Assembly: GCA_041664925.1 (NCBI GenBank)
Contig: JBAYJV010000002.1
Span: 72,302-136,301, forward strand
From: Minisyncoccota bacterium
GTDB lineage: Bacteria > Patescibacteriota > Minisyncoccia > JBAYJV01
Length of the DNA: 64,000 bases
Direction: 5' to 3'
Under the pieces are notes generated by a model, which was not told the DNA's origin, made no database searches, and saw nothing but the letters and a program-made list of their open reading frames with translations. How positions within the stretch are numbered: position 1 is the stretch's first letter; every line of letters starts with the position of its first letter. The position numbers were made by a program, and so were the translations under genes. Below, piece after piece: positions 54,637 to 63,966 of this stretch.

Positions 54637-55392
54637 ATGTTTCGTGAGGTGGCAAAACAGACGCTGGGAGTAATCGTCGGGGGAGTAATTGGCGGATTAA
54701 TTGCTTTCCTTATCGGAGGATCATTCTGGTGGATTGGCGTTCTTTCTGGAGGATTCATCGGCTATCTGGCCGGAGAACCAAAAGAACTTCTTCAGGGACT
54801 TAGAGCGGCAAGAAGATGCTTTGTGCACTTGAAGCCAATTGATCGACCGGGATATCGGTTTTTGCTCGGTATTCTTTCTAGTTCTTGGGTACTTGTTTGC
54901 GGAATTATCCTTTCAATCCATTTCTCCTCAACGATTTATCATTTTGGAGTAAATATTGCAATCATCACCATTGGAATACTTATGGGGATGGCCTATATTC
55001 TTCCGGCTTTATACATGAAAAATCTTGAAAAAGACTATCTTCCGCTGGTTTGCAAAGATATGGTTAAATTAGATTGGCTAAGCGCATTAATTCATTTTCC
55101 AATTTTCCTTCTGTTTAGTATATGTCTAATTTTTCAAGGTACTTGGAATGACTTCTTATTCCCATGCCTTAAAGCTTCTTGGCGTTTTTTCCGCTACATC
55201 CACTCCCGAAAGAGGGCGATTCGTCTCATTGACTCAATGATAGTCGCTTTCATCGCTTGGAGATTTGGTGGAAATATCCCTGAAATTGCGACTATCGGAA
55301 TTGTCGGTGGACTTGTGGTAGCGCCGATTCACTACTATCTTGTCTCAATCAAACTTCTTGGACTTGTGCCGAATGGCGGAACAAGTCATTAA
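54637..55392 (+). CDS. hypothetical polytopic membrane protein
   Basis: RBS CTAAGGAGGCAAA; multiple TM helices. Confidence 0.5.
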   Translation: MFREVAKQTLGVIVGGVIGGLIAFLIGGSFWWIGVLSGGFIGYLAGEPKELLQGLRAARRCFVHLKPIDRPGYRFLLGILSSSWVLVCGIILSIHFSSTIYHFGVNIAIITIGILMGMAYILPALYMKNLEKDYLPLVCKDMVKLDWLSALIHFPIFLLFSICLIFQGTWNDFLFPCLKASWRFFRYIHSRKRAIRLIDSMIVAFIAWRFGGNIPEIATIGIVGGLVVAPIHYYLVSIKLLGLVPNGGTSH

Positions 55393-55518
55393 CAGCAAGG
55401 GCGTAATAGTAAATTACGCCCATTTTTAATTTGTCATTCTCATTCTGAATTCAATATTCTAAATTCTAGTATGAACCCGATTTGCGATTAGTAAATTTTT
55501 GCGTTAAGATAAAGAGTC

Positions 55519-56598
55519 ATGAAGAAAAATATTTTAAAATTTTTTGATTTTATAAAAAAGCTTGGCAAGAAACCAAAGTGGCTTGAAAAGTTTAGCCCTA
55601 TTATTGGCATTGATTTAGGTACAGTTAATAGCTTGGTCTATGTTTCGGGCAAGGGAATTGTTATTAATGAACCATCGGTCATTGCCATTAATAAAAAAAC
55701 TGGAAAAATTTTGGCTGTTGGAAAAGATGCAAAACAAATGTTAGGAAAAACACCACCGCACATTTCGGCTGTTGAACCATTGGTTGATGGCGTGATTTCA
55801 GATTTTGAGGCAACCGAGCAGATGATCAAATATTTTATTAATTTAGTAAATGATCAAGTTTTCCGTTTTCTTTCTCGCCCTAGAGTAGTTGTCGCCATTC
55901 CCATGTCAGCCACTCCAGTTGAACAAAAATCAGCCCAAGATGCTGTTAAAAGCGCTGGCGCAAGCGAAGTTTATCTTGTCTACGAGCCGGTTGCTGCCAC
56001 TATTGGCGCCAGACTTCCCATAAAAAAAGCTTCAGGCCAATTTGTTGTAGATATTGGCGGTGGCACTACTGAAATTGCAGTTATCTCTTTAGGAGGAGTC
56101 ATTGCGCAAAAAAGCATCCGTATTGCCGGAAACAGGCTCAATAAAGACATTATCCAATTTGCCAGGGAAAAATTGAATCTTCTTGTTGGTGAACAGTCTG
56201 CAGAAAAAATAAAAATAAGCCTTGGATCAACCATAAAGCTTGATGAACATCTTGAGGGTTTTTTGAGAGGACGAGACTTAATAGACGGTCTCCCCAGAGA
56301 AGTTCTTGTGAGCGATGATCATATAAGAAAGGCAATAGAACGATCAGTAACAACTATTATCGCAACTATTCGGATGGTTTTAGAGGAAGTTCCGCCTGAG
56401 CTTTTGCCAGACATTATGAAACAGGGGATTGTGCTAACGGGAGGAGGAGCGCTTCTCCGCGGATTAGATAAATCTATTGGGGAAGCAACTCAAGTCAATG
56501 TAAAAATAGCTGAAGACCCCTTAACGGCAGTAGTTCGTGGAGCCGGTCTTATTTTAGAAAACTTTGATCAGTACAAAGATCTTTTAATTGAACCTTGA
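55519..56598 (+). CDS. mreB: rod-shape-determining protein MreB (actin homolog) with short N-terminal extension
   Basis: IGIDLGTVNSLVYV, VVVAIPMSATPVEQKSAQDAVKSAGA, FVVDIGGGTTEIAVISLGG. Confidence 0.9.
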   Translation: MKKNILKFFDFIKKLGKKPKWLEKFSPIIGIDLGTVNSLVYVSGKGIVINEPSVIAINKKTGKILAVGKDAKQMLGKTPPHISAVEPLVDGVISDFEATEQMIKYFINLVNDQVFRFLSRPRVVVAIPMSATPVEQKSAQDAVKSAGASEVYLVYEPVAATIGARLPIKKASGQFVVDIGGGTTEIAVISLGGVIAQKSIRIAGNRLNKDIIQFAREKLNLLVGEQSAEKIKISLGSTIKLDEHLEGFLRGRDLIDGLPREVLVSDDHIRKAIERSVTTIIATIRMVLEEVPPELLPDIMKQGIVLTGGGALLRGLDKSIGEATQVNVKIAEDPLTAVVRGAGLILENFDQYKDLLIEP

Positions 56599-57401
56599 TG
56601 ATTCAAAAAATTAGCCAGAAAAAGAATTTTTTTGTCTTTTTGTCATTAATTATTATTTCGATTTTAATATTTGCGCTTGACCAGAGCGCTTTTTTGAATT
56701 CTTTTAAATCTTTCTTGTTCTCTGGAGCAAAACCAATTCTTAGCCTATCAGATAAAAATCTCTATATTTTAACTAAGCCGTTTGAGATACTAATTAATTA
56801 TCAGAAAAATAAAGATGAATTGACTAGCTTAATGCAAAAGAAATTAGATTTAACCAGTATACAGGTAGAAATTGACGAAATCAGAAGAGAAAATGATTTT
56901 CTAAGAAAAGCTCTTGGCCTTAAAGAACAGAAAAAACAAGATTTCTTTATAGCAAAAGTAATCGGAAGATCTTCTGAGGCAAATCAATCTGTCATTGTTA
57001 ATGTAGGAAAAGGAGATGGTTTGACTGGTAGTGAAACCATGATTCTTCCTGATAAATTTTTAATAGGAAAAGTTACCGACACTTATGAAAGCATATCGCA
57101 GGCTAAGTTGTTGAATAGTTCTGATTTTTCTGTATCTGTTATGGGAGAAAAAACTAGAACTGATGCCTTGTGTACTGGCGCCGGAGATTCTTTGGAGATC
57201 GAGATTATTAATTATCAAGATCAGCCAGAAATAGGAGAAATTTTTATTACATCAGGCATTGATGGTTATTCCCCTGGATTAATTGTTGGCCAACTGGAAA
57301 AAATTATTGTAAAACCTTCCGCAGTCTCAAGAATCGGCGTATTAAAACCATTGGTTAATTTAAATCAATTTGAACAAGTTTTACTTTTAAAGAATGATTA
57401 A
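56595..57401 (+). CDS. mreC: rod-shape-determining protein MreC
   Basis: TM, coiled coil (EIDEIRRENDFLRKAL), beta domain VIGRSSEANQSVIVNVGKGDGL; overlaps mreB stop. Confidence 0.75.
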   Translation: MMIQKISQKKNFFVFLSLIIISILIFALDQSAFLNSFKSFLFSGAKPILSLSDKNLYILTKPFEILINYQKNKDELTSLMQKKLDLTSIQVEIDEIRRENDFLRKALGLKEQKKQDFFIAKVIGRSSEANQSVIVNVGKGDGLTGSETMILPDKFLIGKVTDTYESISQAKLLNSSDFSVSVMGEKTRTDALCTGAGDSLEIEIINYQDQPEIGEIFITSGIDGYSPGLIVGQLEKIIVKPSAVSRIGVLKPLVNLNQFEQVLLLKND

Positions 57402-57870
57402 GAGCTTTTTTCTAAAATTAATTATTGTTTTTTTGGCAATATTTATTCAATTTTCTGTATTGTCACGTTTTGGTATTGATAAATATTTTGATCCACTTTT
57501 TTTGATTATTTTTATATGGATCATTTTGGAAAACTATGATTTTATTTTTCTTTTAACATTTATTGGTGGTTTGCTTTTTGATCTTTTTTCTGCAATTCCT
57601 TTGGGATCAAAAACAATTATTTATTTAATTTTTTGTTTTGCATTAATATTAATTCGTCAAAACTTTTTAAGATCGCTGACATTTTTAACATTACTAGGAT
57701 TATCTTTTGTTAGTACCTGTCTGTATTTTATTGTAAAAAATATTTTTTTCGTAATTCTTTCCATAGATGGTCGTTTTGGAATATTAATTCTTATTCAAAT
57801 TTTACTAACAAATCTAGTTATTATTTTATTGGCTCTGTTGTTTAAGAAAAAACTGTTCGTTAATGATTAA
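57394..57870 (+). CDS. mreD: rod-shape-determining protein MreD-like polytopic membrane protein
   Basis: 158 aa all-hydrophobic protein between mreC and mrdA. Confidence 0.55.
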   Translation: MIKSFFLKLIIVFLAIFIQFSVLSRFGIDKYFDPLFLIIFIWIILENYDFIFLLTFIGGLLFDLFSAIPLGSKTIIYLIFCFALILIRQNFLRSLTFLTLLGLSFVSTCLYFIVKNIFFVILSIDGRFGILILIQILLTNLVIILLALLFKKKLFVND

Positions 57871-57872
57871 TT

Positions 57873-59804
57873 ATGCGATTTTTTAAAAATAAAATTAAAA
57901 AAAGCTTAGAGAATATCGACTTAGAAGATGTCTTTATTGAAGGTTCTTCGTCAAATAAGCGAAACGAACACATTCCCGAAAGAATGCCTGTTTTAATAAA
58001 AAAATCAGCTATCAGCTTACCGTTTATTTTAATTGCTTTTTTGTTCGGAACTATTATTATCAGAGTGGCTTTTTTACAACTCAGAGGATCGTCTTATTAT
58101 GAAATATTGGCAGAAAAAAATCGTTCTCAAATTGAATTGATAACGCCTCGTCGCGGTATTATTTATGATCGCAATCATAAACAAATTGCTTATAATATTC
58201 CGGCATACGACCTCATTTGGAACAAAAAAAATGCTCCGAAGAATGATTCGGAAATTGAGCAGGCACTAGAAAAAATTTCTTCCATCGTAAAAACTAGTAC
58301 AGATGAACTTAAAAAAACAATTAATGATTCGTCAGACAGCATTGTAAGGCTTGTTACCGATATTAGCTCAGAAGAAGTTTTTACATTAAAAAGTCTTAAG
58401 GATAATTGGTCGCCTAGCATAGAGATCAAACAACGCAATAGAAGGGATTATCCTTATTCCTATAGCCTTTCTCACGTCTTAGGTTATGTCGGAAAAATAA
58501 CAGATCAAGAATATCAAATAAAAAAAGACAACTATTCTGTAGATGATTATATTGGAAAAAGTGGGATAGAACTTCAATATGAGGATTTATTGCGAGGAAA
58601 AATTGGAATCAAAAGCACCGAAGTTTCTCCGTTAAGAAATGAAGTTAGACCGATATCAGAAATGGAACCTAAAGACGGTTTTGATATTTCTCTTACGATA
58701 GACAGTGATCTTCAAAATAAAATTTATGAAACTTTAACAGATACTCTCAAAAAAAATAATCTCAAAGCAGGCGCTGCAGTTGCTCTTGATCCAAGAAACG
58801 GAGATATTCTAAGTTTAGTCAGTATCCCAAGTTTTAATAATAGCGAATTGAGCCAAGGAATGGATCAAGAAAAATTTACAAGTCTTATTGAATCACCAAA
58901 TAGACCGTTTTTTAATCGTACTATTTCTGGCACCTATCCTCCCGGTTCGACTTTTAAACCTGTTATTGCTATTGGAGCGCTTGAAGAAAAAATAATCTCA
59001 CCAGAAAAAGGTTTTAATTGCGAAGGTTTTCTTCGTGTCGCTAATGTTTATAATCAAAATGTTTCTTATGTTTTTCGCGATTGGAAAATTCATGGATGGG
59101 TTACGCTTAAAAAAGCAATTTCTCAGTCTTGTAATGTTTATTTTTATATGATTGGTGGAGGATACGAAGATTTTAAAGGACTAGGAATTGGCAAAATCAA
59201 ATATTATGCAAAAAAAATCGGCATGATGGAAAAAACCGGAATCGATCTTCCCGGAGAAGTTTCAGGCTTTGTGCCTGACAGTGATTGGAAAAAATCCGTC
59301 AAAAATGAAGCTTGGTATATAGGAGATACTTATCATGCCTCAATTGGACAAGGAGACGTAGCTCTAACCCCTCTTGAAGTGGCTCAACTCTACGCATTTT
59401 TTGCTAATGGTGGCAAAATTTACAAGCCCCGATTACTTTCTTCCGTAGAGGAAACTTCAGGTGGAATTTTTAATCAGATTGAACCAGAAATTTTAATCAA
59501 TGATATTTTTAATAAGAAAAATATTGACTACATCAGAGATGGATTGAAGGAAACTGTGATTTCTGGTTCAGCTCAAATTCTGCAAGGATTGCCAGTATCA
59601 TCAGCTGCCAAAACAGGAACTGCTCAATTCGGTGATGGAACAAAATCTCATGCTTGGTTTGCTGCTTTCGCTCCTTATGAAAATCCTGAAATCGTTCTGG
59701 TAATCTTGGCTGAAGAGGGTGGGGGCGGATCAACAACTGCGGCACCTATAGCTTACGATGTTTTAAAATGGTACTTCGAACAAAAACTTAAAGTTCAAAA
59801 CTAA
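57873..59804 (+). CDS. mrdA: penicillin-binding protein 2 (peptidoglycan D,D-transpeptidase)
   Basis: TM anchor, dimerisation domain, transpeptidase motifs STFKP, SQSCN, KTGTAQ. Confidence 0.85.
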   Translation: MRFFKNKIKKSLENIDLEDVFIEGSSSNKRNEHIPERMPVLIKKSAISLPFILIAFLFGTIIIRVAFLQLRGSSYYEILAEKNRSQIELITPRRGIIYDRNHKQIAYNIPAYDLIWNKKNAPKNDSEIEQALEKISSIVKTSTDELKKTINDSSDSIVRLVTDISSEEVFTLKSLKDNWSPSIEIKQRNRRDYPYSYSLSHVLGYVGKITDQEYQIKKDNYSVDDYIGKSGIELQYEDLLRGKIGIKSTEVSPLRNEVRPISEMEPKDGFDISLTIDSDLQNKIYETLTDTLKKNNLKAGAAVALDPRNGDILSLVSIPSFNNSELSQGMDQEKFTSLIESPNRPFFNRTISGTYPPGSTFKPVIAIGALEEKIISPEKGFNCEGFLRVANVYNQNVSYVFRDWKIHGWVTLKKAISQSCNVYFYMIGGGYEDFKGLGIGKIKYYAKKIGMMEKTGIDLPGEVSGFVPDSDWKKSVKNEAWYIGDTYHASIGQGDVALTPLEVAQLYAFFANGGKIYKPRLLSSVEETSGGIFNQIEPEILINDIFNKKNIDYIRDGLKETVISGSAQILQGLPVSSAAKTGTAQFGDGTKSHAWFAAFAPYENPEIVLVILAEEGGGGSTTAAPIAYDVLKWYFEQKLKVQN

Positions 59805-59941
59805 AAGCTTAGAATTATAACTTAAAATTCAAAACTTGGAATTTCAAATATACAAAAGTAATTTTAAAAATGAATTGTTTTATAGTTTTAAGTTTTAAAT
59901 TATTGTTTTGAGTTTTAACTTTTACGTTTTGACTTATCTTT

Positions 59942-61717
59942 ATGGATAAAGTGTGGGAAATTAAAAAAGAAGTTCCAAAAAAGTTTTTAGAAAAATACAA
60001 AAACTATCCGTCTTTGCTTTTGCGGTTATTATACGATCGAGACATAAAAACTAAGAAAGAAATAGATGATTTTCTCTCGATTGACTACAAAAAAGATGTT
60101 TATGACCCTTTTTTGTTATCTGGCATAAAAAAAGCAGTCAATCGAATAAAAGAGGCAATGTTGAATAATGAAAAAATCGCTATTTTTGGTGATTATGATG
60201 CCGACGGAATTTGCGCTTCTACTGTTCTTTATCAAACGCTTAAAAAAATAGGTACGGATCCATTAATTTATATTCCTGACAGGAAAAAGGGTTATGGTTT
60301 AAATAATAGCGCCATAAGAGAACTTTCGGAAAAAAATATAAAATTAATTATTACTGTTGATTGCGGTATTTCAGATAAAGAAGAAACTGATTTGGCTAAT
60401 TTTCTTGGTCTTGATGTCATCATAACCGATCATCATCTAATTCCAGATATTTTGCCAAAAGCATATGTCATTATTAATCCTAAAAAGAAAGGAGAAAAAT
60501 ATCCAAACAAAGATTTATCTGGCGCCGGAGTGGCGTTTAAATTAGCGACTGCGATTATTAAAACTTATAACAATATTTTCCAAGAAGAAGAAGAGAAATG
60601 GCTTCTTGATTTGGTTGCTATTGCAACAGTCGCCGACATGATGAATCTTAAAGGAGAAAACCGCACTTTGGTAAAATATGGTCTTTTGGTACTCGCCAAA
60701 ACCCGCCGATTAGGACTGAAAGCTCTATTGAAAGAAGCTGGCGTTAAAGATATAAAAGTAAAATGGATTGATAAAAAAAGTAATCGTTTTCGCGTTCAGA
60801 ATGTTGATGCTTATACGATTGGTTTTGTGATTGGACCTCGATTAAATGCTGCTGGTCGAATGGATCACGCCAACAAAGCTTTTTTCTTAGTTAACACTGA
60901 TACCGAAAAAGAAGCAACTGAGATTGCTAAAGAATTAAGCTTAAAAAATCAAGCTCGCCAGCGACTTCAACTTAAAATTTTTAAAGAAATTCAATCAACT
61001 GTCTTTCAAGAAGAAATTGATGATAAAAAAGTTATTATTAGAGGACATAAAAATTATCCGAAAGGAATAGTGGGGTTAATTTCAGGAAAAGTAACAGATA
61101 AATACTATCGCCCAAGTTTTATATACCAAGAGGAAGAAGAAATCTCTAAAGGATCTTGTCGTGGTATCCCAGAAGTAAATATTGTTGAAGTTTTAAGCGA
61201 ATGCAAATCCTACCTCAAGGAATTTGGAGGACACAAGGCAGCCGCAGGCTTTTCCTTCAAAACTACTGAAGCAAAGAAGCTAACCGAATGTCTTTGTAGC
61301 ACAATTAAAAAAGTTCTGCGTGGTAAAAAATTATTAAAAAAAGTTAAAATTGATGCAATTCTAAATTTCTCTGATATTGATTATGACCTAAAGAAAACCC
61401 TTGAAGAACTAGAGCCATTTGGACAAGGAAATCCCGAGCCAATCTTCGCGATTGAGAATGTCCAAATAATGGATATAAAGAAAATTGGCGCCAAAGAACA
61501 GCACCTTTTATTAAATATCAGAAAAAATGAAGAAGGAAAAGAATATTATTTGCGAGCGATTCTTTTCGAAAATGCCATTAGCTTTGAAGGCATCAATAAA
61601 GAAGATGCTTACGATTTTGCCTTCACGCCAATGTTTGATGAGTGGCAAGGAGAGAAGAGAATTACGCTGAAAATAATAGATTGGAAATTATCTTTCGACA
61701 AAAGAAAAAAGGCTTAA
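59942..61717 (+). CDS. recJ: single-stranded-DNA-specific exonuclease RecJ
   Basis: DHH motifs IFGDYDADGI, DCGI, ITDHH; DHHA1 GGHKAAAG. Confidence 0.85.
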   Translation: MDKVWEIKKEVPKKFLEKYKNYPSLLLRLLYDRDIKTKKEIDDFLSIDYKKDVYDPFLLSGIKKAVNRIKEAMLNNEKIAIFGDYDADGICASTVLYQTLKKIGTDPLIYIPDRKKGYGLNNSAIRELSEKNIKLIITVDCGISDKEETDLANFLGLDVIITDHHLIPDILPKAYVIINPKKKGEKYPNKDLSGAGVAFKLATAIIKTYNNIFQEEEEKWLLDLVAIATVADMMNLKGENRTLVKYGLLVLAKTRRLGLKALLKEAGVKDIKVKWIDKKSNRFRVQNVDAYTIGFVIGPRLNAAGRMDHANKAFFLVNTDTEKEATEIAKELSLKNQARQRLQLKIFKEIQSTVFQEEIDDKKVIIRGHKNYPKGIVGLISGKVTDKYYRPSFIYQEEEEISKGSCRGIPEVNIVEVLSECKSYLKEFGGHKAAAGFSFKTTEAKKLTECLCSTIKKVLRGKKLLKKVKIDAILNFSDIDYDLKKTLEELEPFGQGNPEPIFAIENVQIMDIKKIGAKEQHLLLNIRKNEEGKEYYLRAILFENAISFEGINKEDAYDFAFTPMFDEWQGEKRITLKIIDWKLSFDKRKKA

Positions 61718-61725
61718 CAACTTTG

Positions 61726-61983
61726 TTAAGCCCCACTGTTATCAGTTCCTACTAAACGTTTGAGAAAATGATCTGGCCAATAGATAAATAATCGCCAAAG
61801 AAAGTGACATGGCCAATATATCCACCAAAAAAAAGAAAAACCAGTCAATGATGAATCTCCTTCATATGCGTGCCAATTTTCTTTACTATGTTTGTCAATC
61901 CATAGATATGTAAATCGCCATACATATCCATAAACGACAAAACTTCCAATACTGATCAACAGCCATATAGACGATGGAAACAT
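61726..61983 (-). CDS. small Trp-rich hydrophobic protein (85 aa)
   Basis: RBS AAAAGGAGGAACT; 10 Trp in 85 aa, one TM. Confidence 0.45.
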   Translation of the reverse strand: MFPSSIWLLISIGSFVVYGYVWRFTYLWIDKHSKENWHAYEGDSSLTGFSFFWWIYWPCHFLWRLFIYWPDHFLKRLVGTDNSGA

Positions 61984-62139
61984 AGTTCCTCCTTTTGGAA
62001 TTCCTTTGTAAGTATCAACACACCTAGAAAAGAACTATTTATTTTTAATTAACCTTTATTATTATTATTGTAGTATTTTTACATTAAAAATCAATAATTT
62101 TAACACATTTTATTTAAAATCGTTATAATCTGTAATAAC

Positions 62140-62556
62140 ATGAAACTATTAAAAGTATATACCGACGGAGCTTCTCGTGGTAATCCCGGACCAGCTTCAA
62201 TTGGGATTGTTTTTAAAGACGAATCAAATAAGATTATTTGGCAGGAACATAAAGAAATTGGCGAAACAACCAATAATGAAGCTGAATATCAGGCGCTTAT
62301 TTTTGCCATGAAACATGTTAATTGCCATCATCCTGAAAAAATTATTTTTCATTCCGATTCAGAGCTTATGATTCGCCAAATGAGAGGGGAGTACAAAATA
62401 AAAGAGCCGAATATCCAGAAGCTCTTTCTTGAAGCCTGGAATCGCAAAATTGATTTTGCCAGACCAATTGAGTTTGTGATTATTCCCAGAGAAGAAAATC
62501 AAGAAGCCGATAGAATGGCAAACAAAGCACTGGACCAAGGAAAGCTGGAAATATGA
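62140..62556 (+). CDS. rnhA: ribonuclease HI
   Basis: YTDGASRGNPGPASIGIV, TNNEAEYQALIFAM, HSDSELMIRQM (DEDD catalytic residues). Confidence 0.85.
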   Translation: MKLLKVYTDGASRGNPGPASIGIVFKDESNKIIWQEHKEIGETTNNEAEYQALIFAMKHVNCHHPEKIIFHSDSELMIRQMRGEYKIKEPNIQKLFLEAWNRKIDFARPIEFVIIPREENQEADRMANKALDQGKLEI

Positions 62557-62566
62557 CACTTCAAAG

Positions 62567-62635
62567 TGTCATCCTGAATAAAATGAAGGATCCCGTATGT
62601 TCCCTGAGATTCTTCGGCTCCACCTCAGAATGACA
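62567..62635. mobile_element. MITE-like 69-bp element TGTCATCCTGAATAAAATGAAGGATCCCG...CCACCTCAGAATGACA, followed by a second truncated copy (62649-62685)
   Basis: same family as 27766 and 35281. Confidence 0.5.
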
Positions 62636-62748
62636 AGTTTTAGTTTATTGTCATCTTGAGCAAAGCGAAAGATCTCGTTTCTTTGTTAAAATTTATTCAC
62701 AAAAAAAATGAGAGGACTTCTTGTCCTCTCTTGCTTTATACCACTAAC

Positions 62749-62952
62749 CTATCTAAGAACTTGGGATCTTTGAGATCCTTGTTCAATACATACGTTTTCA
62801 AAATAAGCATCGAGGCCTTCTGTTACAAAATCTGTGAGTGTTTTCCTTTCAATAGCTGCTCTTATTTTAAAAGCAGTAACATGACAAGGAAAAAAATAGG
62901 TCGTAGACCGAACTCCTTTTCTCTTACGATCCCTTTTCTTTAGGCCAAACAT
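62749..62952 (-). CDS. small basic protein, possible ribbon-helix-helix (CopG/Arc-type) DNA-binding protein
   Basis: RBS AAAAGGAGGAAAG; KGVRSTTYFFPCHVTAFKIRAAIERKTLTDFVTEGLDAYFE (beta-strand then two helices); terminator GAGAGGACaagaaGTCCTCTC+T8 on minus sense. Confidence 0.4.
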   Translation of the reverse strand: MFGLKKRDRKRKGVRSTTYFFPCHVTAFKIRAAIERKTLTDFVTEGLDAYFENVCIEQGSQRSQVLR

Positions 62953-63014
62953 CTTTCCTCCTTTTAAAGAACCATTATTAGTTTATCTTAAAATCCACAA
63001 AAGTCAAAAAAAAG

Positions 63015-63566
63015 AAGATTAAAAAAGGACTCAGCTGACCTGAGTCCTTGTTGTTCCGAAGAGAAGATAGAGAACTAGTAAGGGATTGCCCTTTGGCGTT
63101 CCCTCGACAAGGGTCTGTTTCCATTTTAGGCTGGACTCGCCTAAAATTCACCTTGTTCAACTTTCTGACTCCGACCAGGAGACAGAATGATATCCCCGAT
63201 GGGATATTGTCCTAGCTACCAATTCTCGAGGTTTCCGGAAACTGGGAATCCTCACGTCCCTTCTCTTCGAGATCGCGAGATGCTTCGTCTCGCGCCTTTC
63301 CACGAAAAAGCAAGAAACGATCGTGCCTAAACCCCTTTGAGCGTAGAGCACATACTCGTGCCTTCTCTGTTATATCCAAGTTGCGCCTTAGATACAACGG
63401 CACTTTCTTGATCCTTATAGCGCCAGCGCAACAGTAGGATCAGACGTTTCCTCTAGGGTTTTGAGAAAAACCCAGCTTCTTCGTGTACCGAGTCATCCCG
63501 AGATGATCAGCTTCCGCCGCATCAAATCGGTATCGGATCTTCGAATATTATTTAGGAACTAATTAT
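63015..63566 (-). ncRNA. candidate large (about 550 nt) GC-rich structured RNA or long structured leader, identity unresolved
   Basis: minus-sense promoter TTGACA(63600-63595)-16-TAGAAT(63578-63573); GC-rich body with only short overlapping low-complexity ORFs; many local GC hairpins; ends at AAGGACTCAGgtcagcTGAGTCCTT + T6 (63048-63016). Confidence 0.4.
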
Positions 63567-63605
63567 ATAACCATTCTAGTCAATAAATATTTTTTGTCAA
63601 TACCT

Positions 63606-63636
63606 AAAACAAAACCCCGGAATACCGGGGTTTTTA
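63606..63636. terminator. bidirectional terminator AAAACCCCGGaataCCGGGGTTTT
   Basis: perfect GC stem flanked by A/T runs on both strands. Confidence 0.55.
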
Positions 63637-63684
63637 TTGAATAATTTTATTTAAATTATTGAAGTCCGACTTCAATAATTTTTA

Positions 63685-63966
63685 TTACTTTCTAACTGTA
63701 TCGCTCAAGATTTTTAAGTGATCTTCGCTTTTTCTCAAGATATCGTGAATACTAAACAATACTATCCAAAGCTCACAGATAACTCGCCAAATGAGATTTC
63801 CAAAGATTAAAACCAAAAAACCGGCAACAATGCTAATTCCATTACCTTTTATAAAAAAATCTATTGCCCAGATGATTAAAGCCGCAATTCCCACAAGATA
63901 AACAAATCTCAAAAGAAAAGAGCTTACCATCTTCTTGAATGTTAAATAGTTTATTAATTTTTCCAT
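63685..63966 (-). CDS. DUF4282-like small membrane protein
   Basis: two TM helices (LVGIAALIIWAIDFFI; IVAGFLVLIFGNLIWRVICELWIVLF) in the arrangement of DUF4282 proteins. Confidence 0.45.
   Translation of the reverse strand: MEKLINYLTFKKMVSSFLLRFVYLVGIAALIIWAIDFFIKGNGISIVAGFLVLIFGNLIWRVICELWIVLFSIHDILRKSEDHLKILSDTVRK

Noticed and set aside
62978-63403. Three overlapping minus-strand ORFs (60-64 aa) in the GC-rich segment
   Set aside because: They are mutually overlapping in different frames and one runs through the intrinsic terminator. Their amino-acid composition is dominated by Arg/Ser/Gly, typical of GC-rich non-coding sequence. The region is interpreted as RNA instead.
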